64,000 bases of DNA from Eledone cirrhosa (lineage: Eukaryota). Made by a program: the position numbers and the translations under genes. The notes below the pieces were generated by a model. It made no database searches. It was not told the DNA's origin and was given only the letters and a program-made list of their open reading frames with translations. Numbering within the stretch: position 1 is the stretch's first letter; every line of letters starts with the position of its first letter. Below, one piece after another: positions 44,598 through 63,424 of this stretch. The stretch is from assembly GCA_964016885.1 (NCBI GenBank), contig OZ024751.1:38688001-38752000 (forward strand), read 5' to 3'.

Positions 44598-44765
44598 TAG
44601 CAGAATTGTGAGAGCTTCGGAAAATATGGTTTGTAGTATTATTTAGTTATGGTTCTTTACGTTTCCACGTTCAAATACCGCCGAAGTCAACTTTTCATTT
44701 CATCCTTCGAAGACTGATTAAATACATTACAAGTCGTTGGTGGCCTTTTGCTTAAATCAGAAGTA
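44598..44765 (+). mobile_element. tRNA-derived SINE (family 1)
   Basis: tagcagaattg..ag...tttacgttt...GTTCAAATACC(B-box-like)gccgaagtcaactttt..tttcatccttc. Confidence 0.7.
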
Positions 44766-45756
44766 ATTATCAATGTTATGTATATCATGTCTTCAATCTG
44801 TACGTAACTTATATAATTTGGTCTACACTTATGCTAAAGTTGAGTGCCGCATGTATACAGCAGTAAATCAGAAAATAATCTATTGAAGTATCAACTATCA
44901 ACACGAAATGAGGCATGTTATTTGAAATATGTAACATGTTATATTATTAATACATAATAGATTACATGTAGGGGTGAGGACTGAGGTCTTAATACGACAA
45001 ATACTTATATTTATTATTATATTTATGTATATGGAGACATATATAATATATTTTTTATTAACATTTTCAAAATTTTAGTTGTACAAAGAAAAGATTATTC
45101 CTAGTTTCACAGAAACTATAGCAAAATTCCCAGTTTTCACCTGAGGCATTTGCCAATTAGCGTGCCAACGGTCTCATTTACTGATATTCATGTATCTTAG
45201 CCTGGGGCTTATAATTAATTTGTGTACCCAATTAATTCTATTGCCAATAAAATGCTTAAGTTATAGGATTTTTTTTTCGTAAATATATTTCTGGAGCTTA
45301 AGCCGCTCTAATAACTCCATCTTAAAAATGAAGTTACTTGCTTAGTTTATTAATTGGACTCCAAGAAAGTTTTCCTAAAACTCTCTCTTCTTTATTTGAA
45401 ATGTTGTGTCTTAAATAAGATTGATACACTTCTTAAACTATGTTTCTATAAGTTTCTTTTTTAACAGAATCAATCCCAGAACTTTTGTATCAAATATTAG
45501 GTCATTCGACCTAATTGGTACATAATTACATATATATTTACTCATACACATCCATATACTTTTATTAAGGTCGTGTCAGTATCCTGATGTTGTGAAATCG
45601 TATATTTACAACTATATGGACTGATGAGCCTCCTAAACAAACATACAGGAGAAATTCCAGATTAACATTACACTGAATCGATTTAAAAACATATATAGCT
45701 TAATCTTTATCGTGTTACTGAGTTTTCTTTCCAACAACGGTTAATGAAAATAAACG

Positions 45757-45876
<120 letters not shown>

Positions 45877-46653
45877 AGGAAAAAGGAGTATGACAGATTT
45901 TGAGACAGAAAGAGAGAGTGAGAAATTACCAGATATTTTTGATCAGCTACATGGGAACTGATCAAATAAACCTCATGTCAAAAGGCATCCAAGCTGTGAC
46001 CAACACCTATTTTTAGTATATTCAGTTGCAGTCTATCTAGGATCTTCTGAACCCATGTGTAAGGCAGTGGAAAGACTCAGCAGAGATTAACTTGTCAGAA
46101 TCCGCTCAGTACAATAAAGAAAGTGTCATTTAAATCTCGTACATGTTGCTTTTAGTTGGTTGCTTAGCTACATGAGAGACAATTAAAGAACATTTCAATA
46201 TCAATACGTGCTCTTAAGTGTCTTAGATATTATGAGATTTTTCCAAATGTATTATGATTCCTGTGTATTCATGATATCTTCTTTACCACATGTGATGCAA
46301 ATACATAACACATTTTATGAATTTGCTTCTTGTTAAGTCGTATTAGCATAGGTTTGATTTGATATTACGAATATATTCAATTAAATGTTCCAGAATACAA
46401 AAAGAAAGTGTCTAGCAAAATCCTTGATATTTTATTTGTCGCTGAAAACTGTGAAACTGTTTTATGTTTAGCCGTAAGGATGATTTCATTGTGGAATTAT
46501 TAATTTTATTGCAAATATTAGATTTGATTTACGCGTAGAGCGTGTATTTTTTAAATGTCATTTTGTCATTGTTAATTTGTTCGTAAATACATGGAAATGT
46601 GACATTTTCTTTGCTAAGCCCACTCGCTCGCACACAGGTGCGCGCAGATATAC

Positions 46654-46688
<35 letters not shown>

Positions 46689-46767
46689 AAGCGCAAGCAT
46701 ATACATGTTTCTATCTATGTATAAACACACACGCACACACACATTATATATATATAAATATATATAA

Positions 46768-46798
<31 letters not shown>

Positions 46799-47372
46799 GG
46801 CTAAACAGAAAAAAATGAATGGAATAACAACAACACCCAAACAAACAACACTGACCTAAGAGAAGTATAAATAAATAAATAAATAGATAAATAAATAAAT
46901 AAATACATGCACACGCACAATAACAACAAACACATATAAACACACACTAGTAAAGATAGAATACATTAACCAATACACAGTCACCCAATCAGGAACACAC
47001 CTCAAACAAAACACTATACACACACGCAAATGCAGGCGCAAAGAAGACAAAAAATAAACAAATAAATAAATATATAAATAGACTAAATAAAGATGGCATA
47101 GAAAATACAATGCAACGGGAGGAAACAACAGCACCACTGACGATGTTGCAGATGTGCAACGAAAGAACTTTGATAAACTATATATATGTGTTTGTGTCTA
47201 TATTGTATCTGTAGTTTTGACCGTTGTTCAGTCAATGGCAACATTGAGGACCGAATCAATTAGATTACTGATATAAAAGACACAGAAGCGAAAAGCGAAA
47301 ACCAACCAAACAGTGAGTGTGTTCTGTTATTAATTCTGGGAATATTACACAAATATGACCCTCCCCAAGTAT

Positions 47373-47378
<6 letters not shown>
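46799..47378 (+). mobile_element. Family C element, copy C2 (5'-extended), between (TA)n tracts
   Basis: 47030-47378 is near-identical to 20664-21008; hammerhead-like core at 47137-47164. Confidence 0.8.
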
Positions 47379-47408
<30 letters not shown>

Positions 47409-47435
47409 ATTTACATATACACAAACTACACAAAG

Positions 47436-47478
<43 letters not shown>

Positions 47479-47482
<4 letters not shown>

Positions 47483-48065
47483 TTTGGCAACCATACACGA
47501 TGTGGGTCAATGACGAATTAATTAATTAAATAATGAAAAATCAGAGCAATATACAATATACAACCGTATGGTTGAGATGCAATTTAGGCAATATTACGCT
47601 GCGCTTTCTAGCAACCAGCCCACTCGCCGTAAGGTACCAATCACATTCTTTCTGACTTGACCACTGCCACATCACAGTTCTTAGCCACTTTGAATTCGTT
47701 TCTGGCGGGGATCATTTAAGAAAAATCTTCGTTCAAGTGAGTTTGTTTCCTGATGATTTCGAAAAGCCAATGAAATCCCATGGGGTAGAAACGTAATCTT
47801 GGTATGTTTATATACATGTTTTCTTCTAACTTTGATGTTATACCTAATTGTGTATGGTTGATGATATATTTAATCGATTTCCACGTGCTATTGAAATGGT
47901 GGGTAAATATTCTATACATGGCTGTCGTTTATTTATCTATTATTTCTTCATAGGTGCCTTTTAATCTTATAGCCTGGTTTAATTGTTTTTTTGTGTGGTT
48001 GATTATGCTGAATGAGAGAGGTGATGGTGTATATATTTTATCAAATGATTCTATAGACATACTTT

Positions 48066-48069
<4 letters not shown>
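47479..48069 (-). mobile_element. TA-flanked insert with decayed reading frame, possibly a Penelope GIY-YIG endonuclease remnant
   Basis: Frame 48060->47716 with one internal stop: KIYT...IINHTKKQLNQAIR...TTAMY...HHF.STWKSIK...LEENMYIN...LNED. Loosely recalls the IY..YIGQT.R.L..R..H..F.W..E..YI..LN.D spacing, but catalytic motifs are not intact. Confidence 0.25.
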
Positions 48070-48127
<58 letters not shown>

Positions 48128-48439
48128 TAAAAACATGAATACATATAGATACATATAAATAAATATATTCTGTGTACGTATATACATATACATAACTTAA
48201 GAAGATCTACATAATATATACCTTCCAGTTAAGAGGGTAGGGTGCAATGATTTTTACCTAGAAATACATATTATTGAGCGGACTCAATATTACTAAAATC
48301 TCCATTTGTAATTTGTGGCACGCCTTCCTATTTATACTTACCCCACAATGTCAGTAATAGTTCTGTATTTGTCATTGCCTCGCAATTGAGAGAAGGGGAA
48401 ACTCGAAAATATCAAACCTAGTGATTAATTTTATTTTAT

Positions 48440-48595
48440 CATCCCTGTGAGGATGAAACTCAAATCTGAAAACATCTGAATGAGCTGGAGCTACGTGAAA
48501 TAAAGATTCCTGCTCTAGAACACACTGCTTAGAGTGAACCAAGAACCGAATTCGCATATTTACGATCGTGAAACCCACCATCTAAAAACAAGCGA
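48440..48595 (-). mobile_element. Family-2 SINE
   Basis: ctgaatgagctggagctacgtgaaataaag..tc.tgctc.agaacaca...ttacgatcgtga. Confidence 0.6.
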
Positions 48596-49531
48596 AATAA
48601 CTCTTTCTCTCACTATATATCAATATATATATATAATTCTTTTACGTTGATATCAAACTTTAGTTTGCAAATATTGACAATAAATAGAGGTGTTATTAGT
48701 TTTGAACATCAGTGTTTTCTTAATTTCTAATGCCCGCTGCAAATTCTACATTTTGTTTTTTCTTGAAAACAATATTTCTTTTAAAAGTATGAGAAGTTTC
48801 ATGAAGAATCCCCGCTGATAACATCTGAAAAGATATTTTTCTTGTCCGGAATATTTCGAATTTTCGAGATATTTTTTTCTTAACCGTGAAAATCATAGAT
48901 TCACACATGCTGGTCATTGCACATTTTTTATGAAACAGATTTTCTTTTTTTGTTAGAATCATATGAATATATCTACATGTAATATCATCCTTTACTCTAC
49001 TCTATTGAGCTCTCTCGCTTTGTAACATTAAATATATTAAAGGTGTACATGTTATGTTGATGGGTTCACACGAAAAGACCGTTGGTTGCGTAGTTGAACA
49101 ATATTCTTTATATCACGTTTCACAAATCACCTTCCGCAGGCTGTGGGGTATCGAGTTATCTCGTGGTTTTATATATATATATATATATATATAAATATAT
49201 AATTTTAAAGCAGTTACATGATTGAATCATTCTATCTTTGATAGAATTTATGCGCAGTCTTTGTGCGTGCATCCATGTGCCTGTTTGATTGTCTACACAT
49301 GCTCTTGTCTTTGCATATCAGTCCAAAGATTGTGCTTAAATTATATAAAGGATAGCCGATAAAATATATACCATATAAACAAATACTATCGTGAGATATA
49401 ATCAACTAACTGCTTCAGAAATGCTGCACTAATATGGCTGATGTCCATTAAGGAAACAAAACAATGAAATAAAATGAATGAAAGCATAACATAAATTTCT
49501 TCGAACATATCTATGAACTATTAGAAATAAT

Positions 49532-49711
49532 TGTTTCTACTTTTGGCACAAGGCCAACAATTATCCAGTGCATTACTGGTACTTTATTTTATCGACCCCG
49601 TAAGGATGAAAGGAAAAGTTAACCTCGGCGGGATTAGAAATCAGAATGGCAAGGGCCGTAACTCTATGCGTCAAAGCATGGCGTCCGACCCTCTACCGAT
49701 ACTGCCAGCCC
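49532..49711 (-). mobile_element. Family-1 SINE with 19-bp target-site duplication
   Basis: atgaactattagaaataat at 49513-49531 and 49712-49730 flanks a complete-looking copy. Confidence 0.85.
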
Positions 49712-49845
49712 ATGAACTATTAGAAATAATAATATATAGAATGATAAAAGGTTAATTAACAACTTTTAGAGTTCTTGTTTCGAATTTCCTTATAAAGATA
49801 ATCTAAATGATATATAAAGTTTCAAACAGAAAATATTTAGAAATA

Positions 49846-50033
49846 ACTGTTTCTACTTTTTAGTACAAGGCCAGCAATTATCTCAGTGCATAACTGGTAC
49901 TTTATTTTATCGAACCCGTAAGGATGAAAGGCAAAGTTAACTTCGGCAGAATTTGAACTCAGATCATAAAGGGCCGTAACTCTATTCTGCAAAGCATGGC
50001 GTCCAGCCTTCTACCGATACTGCCAACCCACCT
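49846..50033 (-). mobile_element. Family-1 SINE (same subfamily as 49532)
   Basis: Closely similar to 49532-49711; reverse B-box gaatttgaac. Confidence 0.85.
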
Positions 50034-50174
50034 AGAAATATTTATATTTAGGTAATGTATGTTAACTATTTGATGAAATGCGCAGTTGTCTTGTCATGCA
50101 TATTTGTGCATGTGTTTATATGTGCGGCAGATAAATATTATGTGTGTGTGTTTGTTTCTGTATATAGATATACC

Positions 50175-50229
<55 letters not shown>

Positions 50230-50886
50230 GTGTGTGCGTGTGTTTGTGTGTGTGTGTGTATCTTTCGATGTGTATTCATGGAAGATTATGACTGCAACTG
50301 CAACCGGGGTGTAAGTATGTTCGTGTATGTTTTTTTTCTGTATGTGTGTGTCAAAGATATACTTTGTGAGCGGTCTGTATCTATGATAGTATGTGTATTT
50401 ATCTGTGGAAAAGTGCGTGCAAATGTATCACTGTGTGTCTGAGAGTGGTTCTGTGAGTGTGTGTGTCTGTGTCTGCGCGAGCGTGTCCATGTTTATGTGT
50501 GTGCGTTTGTATGTATACGCTTATATGTGTGTATCTATGATTTACATACATAGATGAATCACTGATCCTCGCCCACCAATTGCAGCTCTGTCTTGTGTAG
50601 TTCAAAGTTCAGACGCACGTTATCTCATTCTAATCCAAGAACGATTCTATTTAATTAGAAGGTCTTCTGTTGTCAAAATGGCGAGGTCAGCCGGAGCTAA
50701 CTGCAAATTTTATGCCTGTACTTTGATTATCCGAAATCAAAGCATTTACAGGATTCCATTATTAAAATACCCAAACTTTCAACAAAGTACTCTTGTGTTA
50801 CAAGCTTATAATATAATGCTTACTTCATTTATTGCGTAAGATTTATGTTCATTACTTTGCAAAATCTATTCATCGTGTAGAGTATC

Positions 50887-50940
<54 letters not shown>

Positions 50941-51926
50941 AAAGAGAGAGAGGGGCAGAGAAATAAAAGAGAGGGAGATAGGAATATACGTTTTATATAT
51001 GTATATACATACACACACACATATATATATATATGTATATATATATATAAGATTATCTGAATATGTATAAAGACTTCTAAATATATATAGAAAGGCAGAA
51101 GGAACGAGCAAGAGAAAGTTATCTATACATACCCACACATTATATATATGTATATATATATATATATAATGTATGTATAGATGTCTGTGTGTGTATATTG
51201 GAAATGAAAAATTAACAAAATAAATAAAAAATACACGGAACGATTTCCTCCTTTGCCATCAGCACGTGAGCTGTGACCTCGTGACATTGCGTCAGAAAAC
51301 GAGATGATGAAATTACCAAAATGATATAATAATAATTAATGAGAATGGAGTTCGCTATGAAGAGATGTAGAGAAGTTAATAAGAAATGTGATTGCTCAGA
51401 CATAAAATATGTACTTTAATTATTTTCGTGAATGTAACAATTCGCCAAAGGCTAATTAAATAGCTCCGAAGCTTAGACGAGGAAATTATTTTAATTTTCA
51501 TATTTCCAACGAAAGTCGTGCATATATTATCAGGAACCAAAATTAAAATTTATGGCATTTCTCCATAAACAATACAATAGTTAAAGTTGAAATTTTAAAC
51601 GGTTCAAACACCACCCCTTCGGTGAAGAGATCTCCATCAAGCCAGGAAGAGAGTGTTCATATATACATATATACATACGTACATACAAAAACATATATAT
51701 ATGTGTGTGTCTGCGTGTTCGCACGTATATATATGTATATATATATATGTGAGTGCATATATATGCATATATCTGTGTACATGAATATATCTATTTGCAT
51801 TTGTGTGTTTGAGAGCGGGTATTATATTTTGGTGTATTTGAATTTCTAATCCACAGATTTTAGAATATCTCAAGTTTCTGAAGTTCGTTTGAAAGGTTAA
51901 AAGCATAAAAGTATCTGTTTATATGC

Positions 51927-52172
<246 letters not shown>

Positions 52173-54411
52173 GCATATATATGTGTATGTCTGTGTGTGT
52201 GGTGTACTATTGTATCTGTGTGTTTTCAGGAGTTGGAGACATCAGGTTCTATCCTGCCTGACAGAATATCATTTATTTTACTGTGCTTAAGTTTCAATGA
52301 AGTCATTTAGACGTTTTGCGTATAACATCATTTCAATCAGTTACCCTTATTTCTACCTTCAGGTTCTTGGCAAAAAAGTAATAAAATGTCTAAGAATATT
52401 CCTACTAAAGGTCCAAGATTGAATAAAGCAGTTAAAATCAGGTCCTTGAATTACAAATGACAATGTATACCTTAACCAATTTCAAATGCTCTCCTTTCTA
52501 TTTTCTCAAAGACAATTTCATTTAACAAACACCATATGTATATTAAAGTAATTCCCAAAATTAAACGTTTTCTGAATATGAAAGAAATTCCCAGAAACAA
52601 CAACAAAAGAATCATTTAATCACATTAATTTTCTGTTTGTTTAGTTTAAATACAAAATTACACTTTAGATGGTCGAAGTAAATAAAGAGTATAGATTAAA
52701 AGGTTGTTTTATTTTTTTTTTTTGTCGGAATATTTAGTAGGGGCGATACATGCAGAGAGTAATGAAGGAATTGTGATGGATGAGGCGACGATTGAGAAAT
52801 AGAGAGAAGGAAACAGAGAGAGAAGGATGTATCGAGACTGTGTTGTGTGTATGAGATACTTAGGATGAAGGTTGGTTGGTTATCTAGGTGAAGGAAGAAA
52901 GGGCTGGCAATGCCGTGTGAGTTATTTAATCATTTCCGAGTTTACAGTTTTGATTACACACACACACGCACAACATAATATATATATACATATAATAAAC
53001 ATGTAAACTTAAAATACACAAATACACATGGTTTGGTATATCATGCACCAGTTTGGACTTTAAAATCTGGCTAAACACTCTTTCTCTCCCTTCTTTCTTT
53101 ATCTCTCTCCCTCTCTTCCAGACACCAAAAGACGAACAAATAGTGTGTATTGTATTAATTTGAAATCCTTCCAAATTGTATCCGGAGAGCATGTCTGCTG
53201 TGCCAAGTAAGCTAATATTTTCCTTACCATTATCACAGCCAAGTCTATACCATTGAATTCTACTTTTATCCCTCACTCAACTTTTCTAATCTATTTCTTT
53301 ATATTTTATTTATACGAACTTTTGCTTATTTCTCTCCCACCAAAATAATTGGTAATGTATTTGCGTTATTTTTATTTGTTTGTTACTTTTTGTTCATATA
53401 AATATTTTCATGATTTACTCGTGGGTGTTATCAAGTGTATACTTACAGTAAATACAAACACTTTAACACTTTCATTTCTATAGTTCTAATACATGCCAAT
53501 CTTCTTCGTTTCACTCCAGCTCTGCAAGCCGACGCAATGATCGAACTATGTTCACTAGTGTCCTCCATCCTCCTTCGTCATTGGTGAGTCATTATCCTTG
53601 TCGTATTTGAACTCCACAGACTTCTCAATAAAATGTTTAATTTCTTTTTAAATAATCAAGAATTTAAAGAGGTTTATTAATATACGTAACTCTCTCATTA
53701 ATTATCTACTGCTTGGAATATAAAACTATAATAAAATTAGAACAGACTGTTTTAACATATAAATAAACATTAACATTTTCATTTTTAAATTTCTAATGAA
53801 ACACTACTTTCATGGTTCAAGGTCTGTTTTTATAATTATAAATGTGGTGAAATTAAATAATATAAATAACTTTCATAATATAAAGCTGGATTTAGAAACA
53901 TAATTTACGGTTTGTTATAAGATATTATAAGTGTTTTATATCGTTTAATCTGGGGCGGATTCAGACGATTCAGTATCAAAATCTTTAAATATAATTAGTG
54001 TCATGGGTACAACGTCTTGAGTAAAATATGTAAACATTTCTAAATTTGAACATACAAAAGGTCATTGAGTAAGTGTAAATCAAGAACAGATTGATAATAT
54101 CCTACTAGTATTTATTGTTTTAATTATATGATATCCCAATCGGTGAAATAAGGAATAATGTGTTACATATTTCCATAGAAGCTGCCTTTTTAACGAGGAG
54201 AATGAAAGCGTACTTGATTAGATACAAATCAAGTTTTATAAGAATCCATAGGAATAACATTGGTTTAGATTCCTCACCGATATATGTCTTAGCGATAAAA
54301 TGATAAACAAAATAAACTAATGACGTTAATAAAAAAATTCATTGTTCTTTTTAAATATTTCGTACTTTTTTGTTTTGTTTTGTTTTTTCGTAAAGTTTTT
54401 TTTTTTCAGAT

Positions 54412-54795
54412 AATTTCAAATTTAGGCGTAATAACAATTTGTGGGGAGGGTAAAGTCAATCACAGTGACTCCAAAGAATGGTTTAAATGGACCCCAGTGC
54501 ATGACTGGTACATTATTTTATCGACGCCGTAAGGATGAAAGGCAAAGTTAAACTCGGCGGGGTTTTGAACTCAGATCATAAAGGACCGTAATTCTATGCT
54601 ACACAGCATGTTGTACGATGCCCTACCGATACAACCAATCCACCCCCAAATAATGACTGTTACTTTACTTTTATTGACCTTTAGAAGGATGAAAGACATT
54701 TGACCCCAGGCATATTTGACCATAGGTGAAGGGCCTGAAGATATACTCTAAATGCATTTTGCCTGACTATGACGCTCTACTATTTCTGTCAATCT
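54412..54795 (-). mobile_element. Two adjacent family-1 SINE copies
   Basis: gaccccagtgc.tgactggtac...tcgac...aaggatgaaaggcaaagt...ctcggcgg..ttttgaactcag, followed by a second degenerate copy. Confidence 0.8.
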
Positions 54796-55020
54796 ACAAC
54801 ACATCGTATTATGAATTATATTTCGCATATGAAGATCATCACAATGTATGCACAATAAATTTTAAGTTGCTAATCATTTTGTACTTTGCACTAATAAAAT
54901 ATGTCAACGTAGTTTCTTTAACAAATCCATGGTAGAAATGATTAGTATAGCTTCTAAAAAATAATATGTTCAAAATGAAAATGATCGTATACTTAATCAG
55001 AGCATTTTCATTAATAGTAA

Positions 55021-58452
<3,432 letters not shown>

Positions 58453-58707
58453 CAAGGTACATTGTTAAAATTATACCCAATAAAGAACTTCATTTTTATA
58501 TATATTAATAATATAATAGTGTCTGAAATTAGATTTTTTTAGTATTGAATAATTCAATAGAGCCGAATAATGAGCTAACGATGTCCTTAGCACCGGTAAA
58601 TAAATATTTCGGGAGATATATTCAGTCTACAATCGACATAATTGCTGAAATATTCTGACAAATAATAGATGAATTTTCTTCATGTATATATTCACCTCTC
58701 CCTCTCG

Positions 58708-58762
<55 letters not shown>

Positions 58763-59260
58763 GCTGTTCCAAGCACTGGATGCTGTTACAATGTCCGTCT
58801 TGCATTGGCTTGTATTCCAGAGGTAAGGCGATTGTAGTGTGCTAAGATGAAATAGATGTAAGTAGGATCGACCTCACTATTGCATCATATATATACATAT
58901 ATACATACATATGTATGTATATATGCTGTAATGGTGACTTCGATCCTATTTACTTTTAAACATGCTCTCTCAAACACACACACACAAACACACACACACA
59001 TACATATATATACCGAAACTATTGTTATGACTCAAAGAATTGCGTTAATCCGTATTGCGCAAATATTTTATATTATGATAGCTATAATAGTTATAAACAT
59101 GGCAATGTATTGCCAAGTCATAACGAGGCAATTTGTTTCTAGTTATGTTTTCTTTAGTATTGATTCCTCCATAAATCTCTATGACCTTCTTGTACATAAA
59201 CAAACGTAAACGGAATGGAGAATAAAAAAAAAAACATCGCGACATGCTGTCTGGTTGTTT

Positions 59261-59323
<63 letters not shown>

Positions 59324-59515
59324 GTATGTATTCGAAGAATTCACGGCAAAGAATACGAAATTTCGACGTAAATAAGATACATCAGGTTGTCTGAATGTTT
59401 ATATATATATATGTGTGTATGTATGTATAATATGTATTCCAAAAAACTTATTGAGATAGCCCGATATATCTGATTAAGGTTTAAACTATGTGTTCTCTGC
59501 CTGCCTAGATTTGTT

Positions 59516-59561
<46 letters not shown>

Positions 59562-59572
59562 TGTGAGTGTGA

Positions 59573-59681
<109 letters not shown>

Positions 59682-60494
59682 AAAACGGCATTCTCTGGAC
59701 TGCTACTTAGTTTATCGACCTCAAATGGATGAAAGACAAAATAGAAATATTGAGAACCGCAAATGTAGCGAGGCCTTTAATCAAAAGCCTAGAAAACCTA
59801 TTTGAATATGTAATCAAATATTTAGATATATATATATATTCATGCAAAAGTGTTGTAAGTAGTAGGTTTGTGTTTCCTTTCTAGTATTCCAGAAGGAAAT
59901 TGGTTAATAGGAAATATATATTAATCAATAGGCGGGATGACTAAGGGTTGTCTGTATTTGAAGGTAGATTTGATCACCACTCATAGCAGACTATGATTCA
60001 ATAACAAAGACAGGCACCTGAAAATAACTTAGCCCAATTCATCCTTGAATTAGTTAGCAATCATTCTAGATAGAATGATCAGCGAAAGAGTCGAAAATGA
60101 TCGCGTAATTAAATATTTAGATATACTTTAACGTAAAAAAGGTTTTAAGCCGTAGTTTTGTTTCCTGTCTAGTTTAATAGAAGGAAATGAGTTAAGAGGA
60201 ATTAATCGGGGAGGAGGGATTTCTTTATGGGAAAGACAGTGTCCTATTTAAAATTTATCATTCCCCATTATCAAAGAGTTATTTGAAATTATCTGCTGTA
60301 GATGCGGTCACGTTTATACGATCAACATTACGGTTCATTTAGAAAAAAGATAGATAAGGCTATTAACCTAATATACATTCGGTCGTGCCTGTACGATAGA
60401 TTCTCATTTATGGAAACGCAGCGCAAGTGGCCTCTCAGTCTAGAATCAAATTATATATATATATATAATGTGTACGTAAGAGAGTATAAATACC

Positions 60495-60560
<66 letters not shown>

Positions 60561-60613
60561 CATATATGTATACACACACAAACACATTATATATATATAT
60601 ATACACACACACC

Positions 60614-60665
<52 letters not shown>

Positions 60666-61389
60666 AAATATAGAGACATATACACATTTACATCTATACA
60701 CACATTTCTATATACAGATTTACACATATATATAGAGAGAAACATATATACATATATATGAACGTATTTACGCACACTCACATTGTGTGTGTGTGTATAT
60801 TTACAAAATCGCATATAGTATTATAATAAAAATATATATATAATTTGATATGTTGAAAAATATATTCATCGGACTGAAAATTAGAAATTAGCGTTGATAT
60901 CAATTTAATAATATTTCAAATTTATCAACGGGATACATTTCCAGGATATTTGGCGCCATGGCGTTTTAAAAATAAAACCTTATTGTCGTAATTTGTGATC
61001 TTGTACATATAATTATGAACAGTTATTAATTAATTTGGCCTTTTACACTGAAACGAAAGATTGCTCTTTTCAATTCAGTACATTGTATAAAAGATTAGTA
61101 TGCCATTTACGATATCATTGAGTTTAAATATTCGATATTTCTTTTCAAGCAACAGACAATAATCTTTACTCCAAAATATTTCTCGGAAAGCAATCCTTGT
61201 TTATTCGAAATAAATATTGTATTATCTGTCTGTATATATATATCATTAGAGTGACGGAAAATGTTAAGGTTTTTTTAATCATGTAAGGTTTATGAGAAAT
61301 ATATTTTAATACGTCGATATATATATATCTTTATATCATCACAATGTTATACGAATATTTATTACTTATATTTCGTTGGATATTTAATT

Positions 61390-61530
61390 TCTGAATTGTT
61401 TTGGGCTCGGACAAAAGATTGCTGTATTTATTTATAGCTTCTTACATACCCAGTTCAAATTCAATCGAGGTCAACGCTGTGTTATATATTTCCTCGTGAG
61501 TGAAAAGTTCTAGTCAAATAAAGGAATCGA
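61390..61530 (+). mobile_element. Family-1 SINE, degenerate
   Basis: agttcaaattcaatcgaggtcaac (B-box and body). Confidence 0.5.
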
Positions 61531-62116
61531 TGTAAGAATTATACACACCCAAAGTATTATTGTATAAACTTTGTTAAATATATTTGCTTGTTTTCATAAT
61601 CTTACACGCTAGTTACAACACCATACACATCCAGAAGTCCACACACACACATACATATATATATACACACACACACGCACACACACATATATATATATAT
61701 ATAAATATATTTATATATATATACATATATTTCTGAAAATATTGGAAACTTTGGAAAAACATGGGATGGAAGAGGTGATCTTTTTCGTTCTATCTACAAA
61801 ACCTTTACGGATTATTTTAGTAAAGTTGCAATTCTTTGATTTTCAATTGTAATAAATTTGGTCCATCGTACCAGCAGTGTCACCAAGGAAACTATGACCA
61901 GAAGCAGACGTTTATAAAACATCAGGAATTATCAGGTTTATTTTGGTTCTCTGATTTCGGAATATGCTGTCACATCGTTTCTATTTTTAACACGCGTTTT
62001 TATTATAGTTTCATTTGTAAGACTGACCTCTTCACAAACTTCTGTCAGATTACCTAACCAATCATTAACAAATGGAAAAGATTCTTTTATCGTTTAAGCA
62101 ACGCGGGAATTATATA

Positions 62117-62159
<43 letters not shown>

Positions 62160-62163
62160 GTAA

Positions 62164-62207
<44 letters not shown>

Positions 62208-63319
62208 CTTCAACGGTAGTTCTTGATATGTCTATATTTGTTCATTCATCTTATGAATACTGTCTTTCATCAGCCTTTCATGTGTCAAAAATGTGTGACC
62301 CGATATTCTGAAGATTCTATTCTATTGATACCTTTTATACATGTAAGCGTGCAGACATATATATATACACCCATACATACAGATGAGCACACGGCATATG
62401 TACATCCATCACTATAAATAACATATTTCCACTGTAGTGAGAAAATAACTGCTGCTTACGTACAATTACTTCACATATAGTACACTGTGGTTTAATCGTC
62501 ACAATTCTTGTAAATTAGATGATTTGATCGGATTAAATCTTGGCAAAATTTCAGTGTAGATTTGTCTCTTCCTTTGCTTTTATCAGAGGAATTTTCGTCG
62601 AAAACACAGCGTTTGTGTGGCTCACACATACAGAGACCAAGGTGATGGGCCATTCCGATGCGAGTGCACTCGTGGTTAAGAAGAGTACCTATTGCTGATG
62701 AGTAAGGCAATGAATTTATCAAGGAGTCGTTGTTTGGCTGTGAAGCGGAACGTTGTCATATATATACATACACAATGTAAGTTTTCCGTCCTCCGTTTGG
62801 ATTCCTGTCTGGGCCAAATCTTTTCCCTGGGATTTCAAATCTCGTTCCTAGAAGCCAATGCCCAATGGTTTGAAGATTAGTGCCTTGGATAAGAAAATCT
62901 GCAATCTTATTCATAGTGAAAGTAAATCAATGATACTAAATAAGGAGATTAGATACCATTCAACTCCTCCACGTTTGTGTAAGAGATGAAGCTCAATCAA
63001 TGAGGCTCTCGAATATTAATATTGTTTATATCATTGAAGTCAATTGTAAAGGATGTCGGAAATAATTATATCATTCCATACAAAAATTATTGCAGAAATA
63101 TGTTTCGGTGAATAGTTTATATTTAAAGTATACACATCTAAGAATGAATATATACATACATGCTCATAAACACAAGCGTATATGCGTACATTTATATACA
63201 CAAAGTGATATATGCATAAATATATACATTAATATATACATACATACGTATACACATACATACATGCATATACACACATATATATATACAGGCACGTATA
63301 TACATATATACAGGCACAC

Positions 63320-63424
<105 letters not shown>

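Noticed and set aside
44598-44690. tRNA-like A/B boxes
   Set aside because: They belong to SINE heads; no cloverleaf, so no tRNA gene is called.
45615-45685. CTGATGAG...GAAA motif
   Set aside because: Stem I cannot form; stem II register is off.
47745-47775. CTGATGA-tttc-GAAA motif
   Set aside because: No stem III/UH or stem I.
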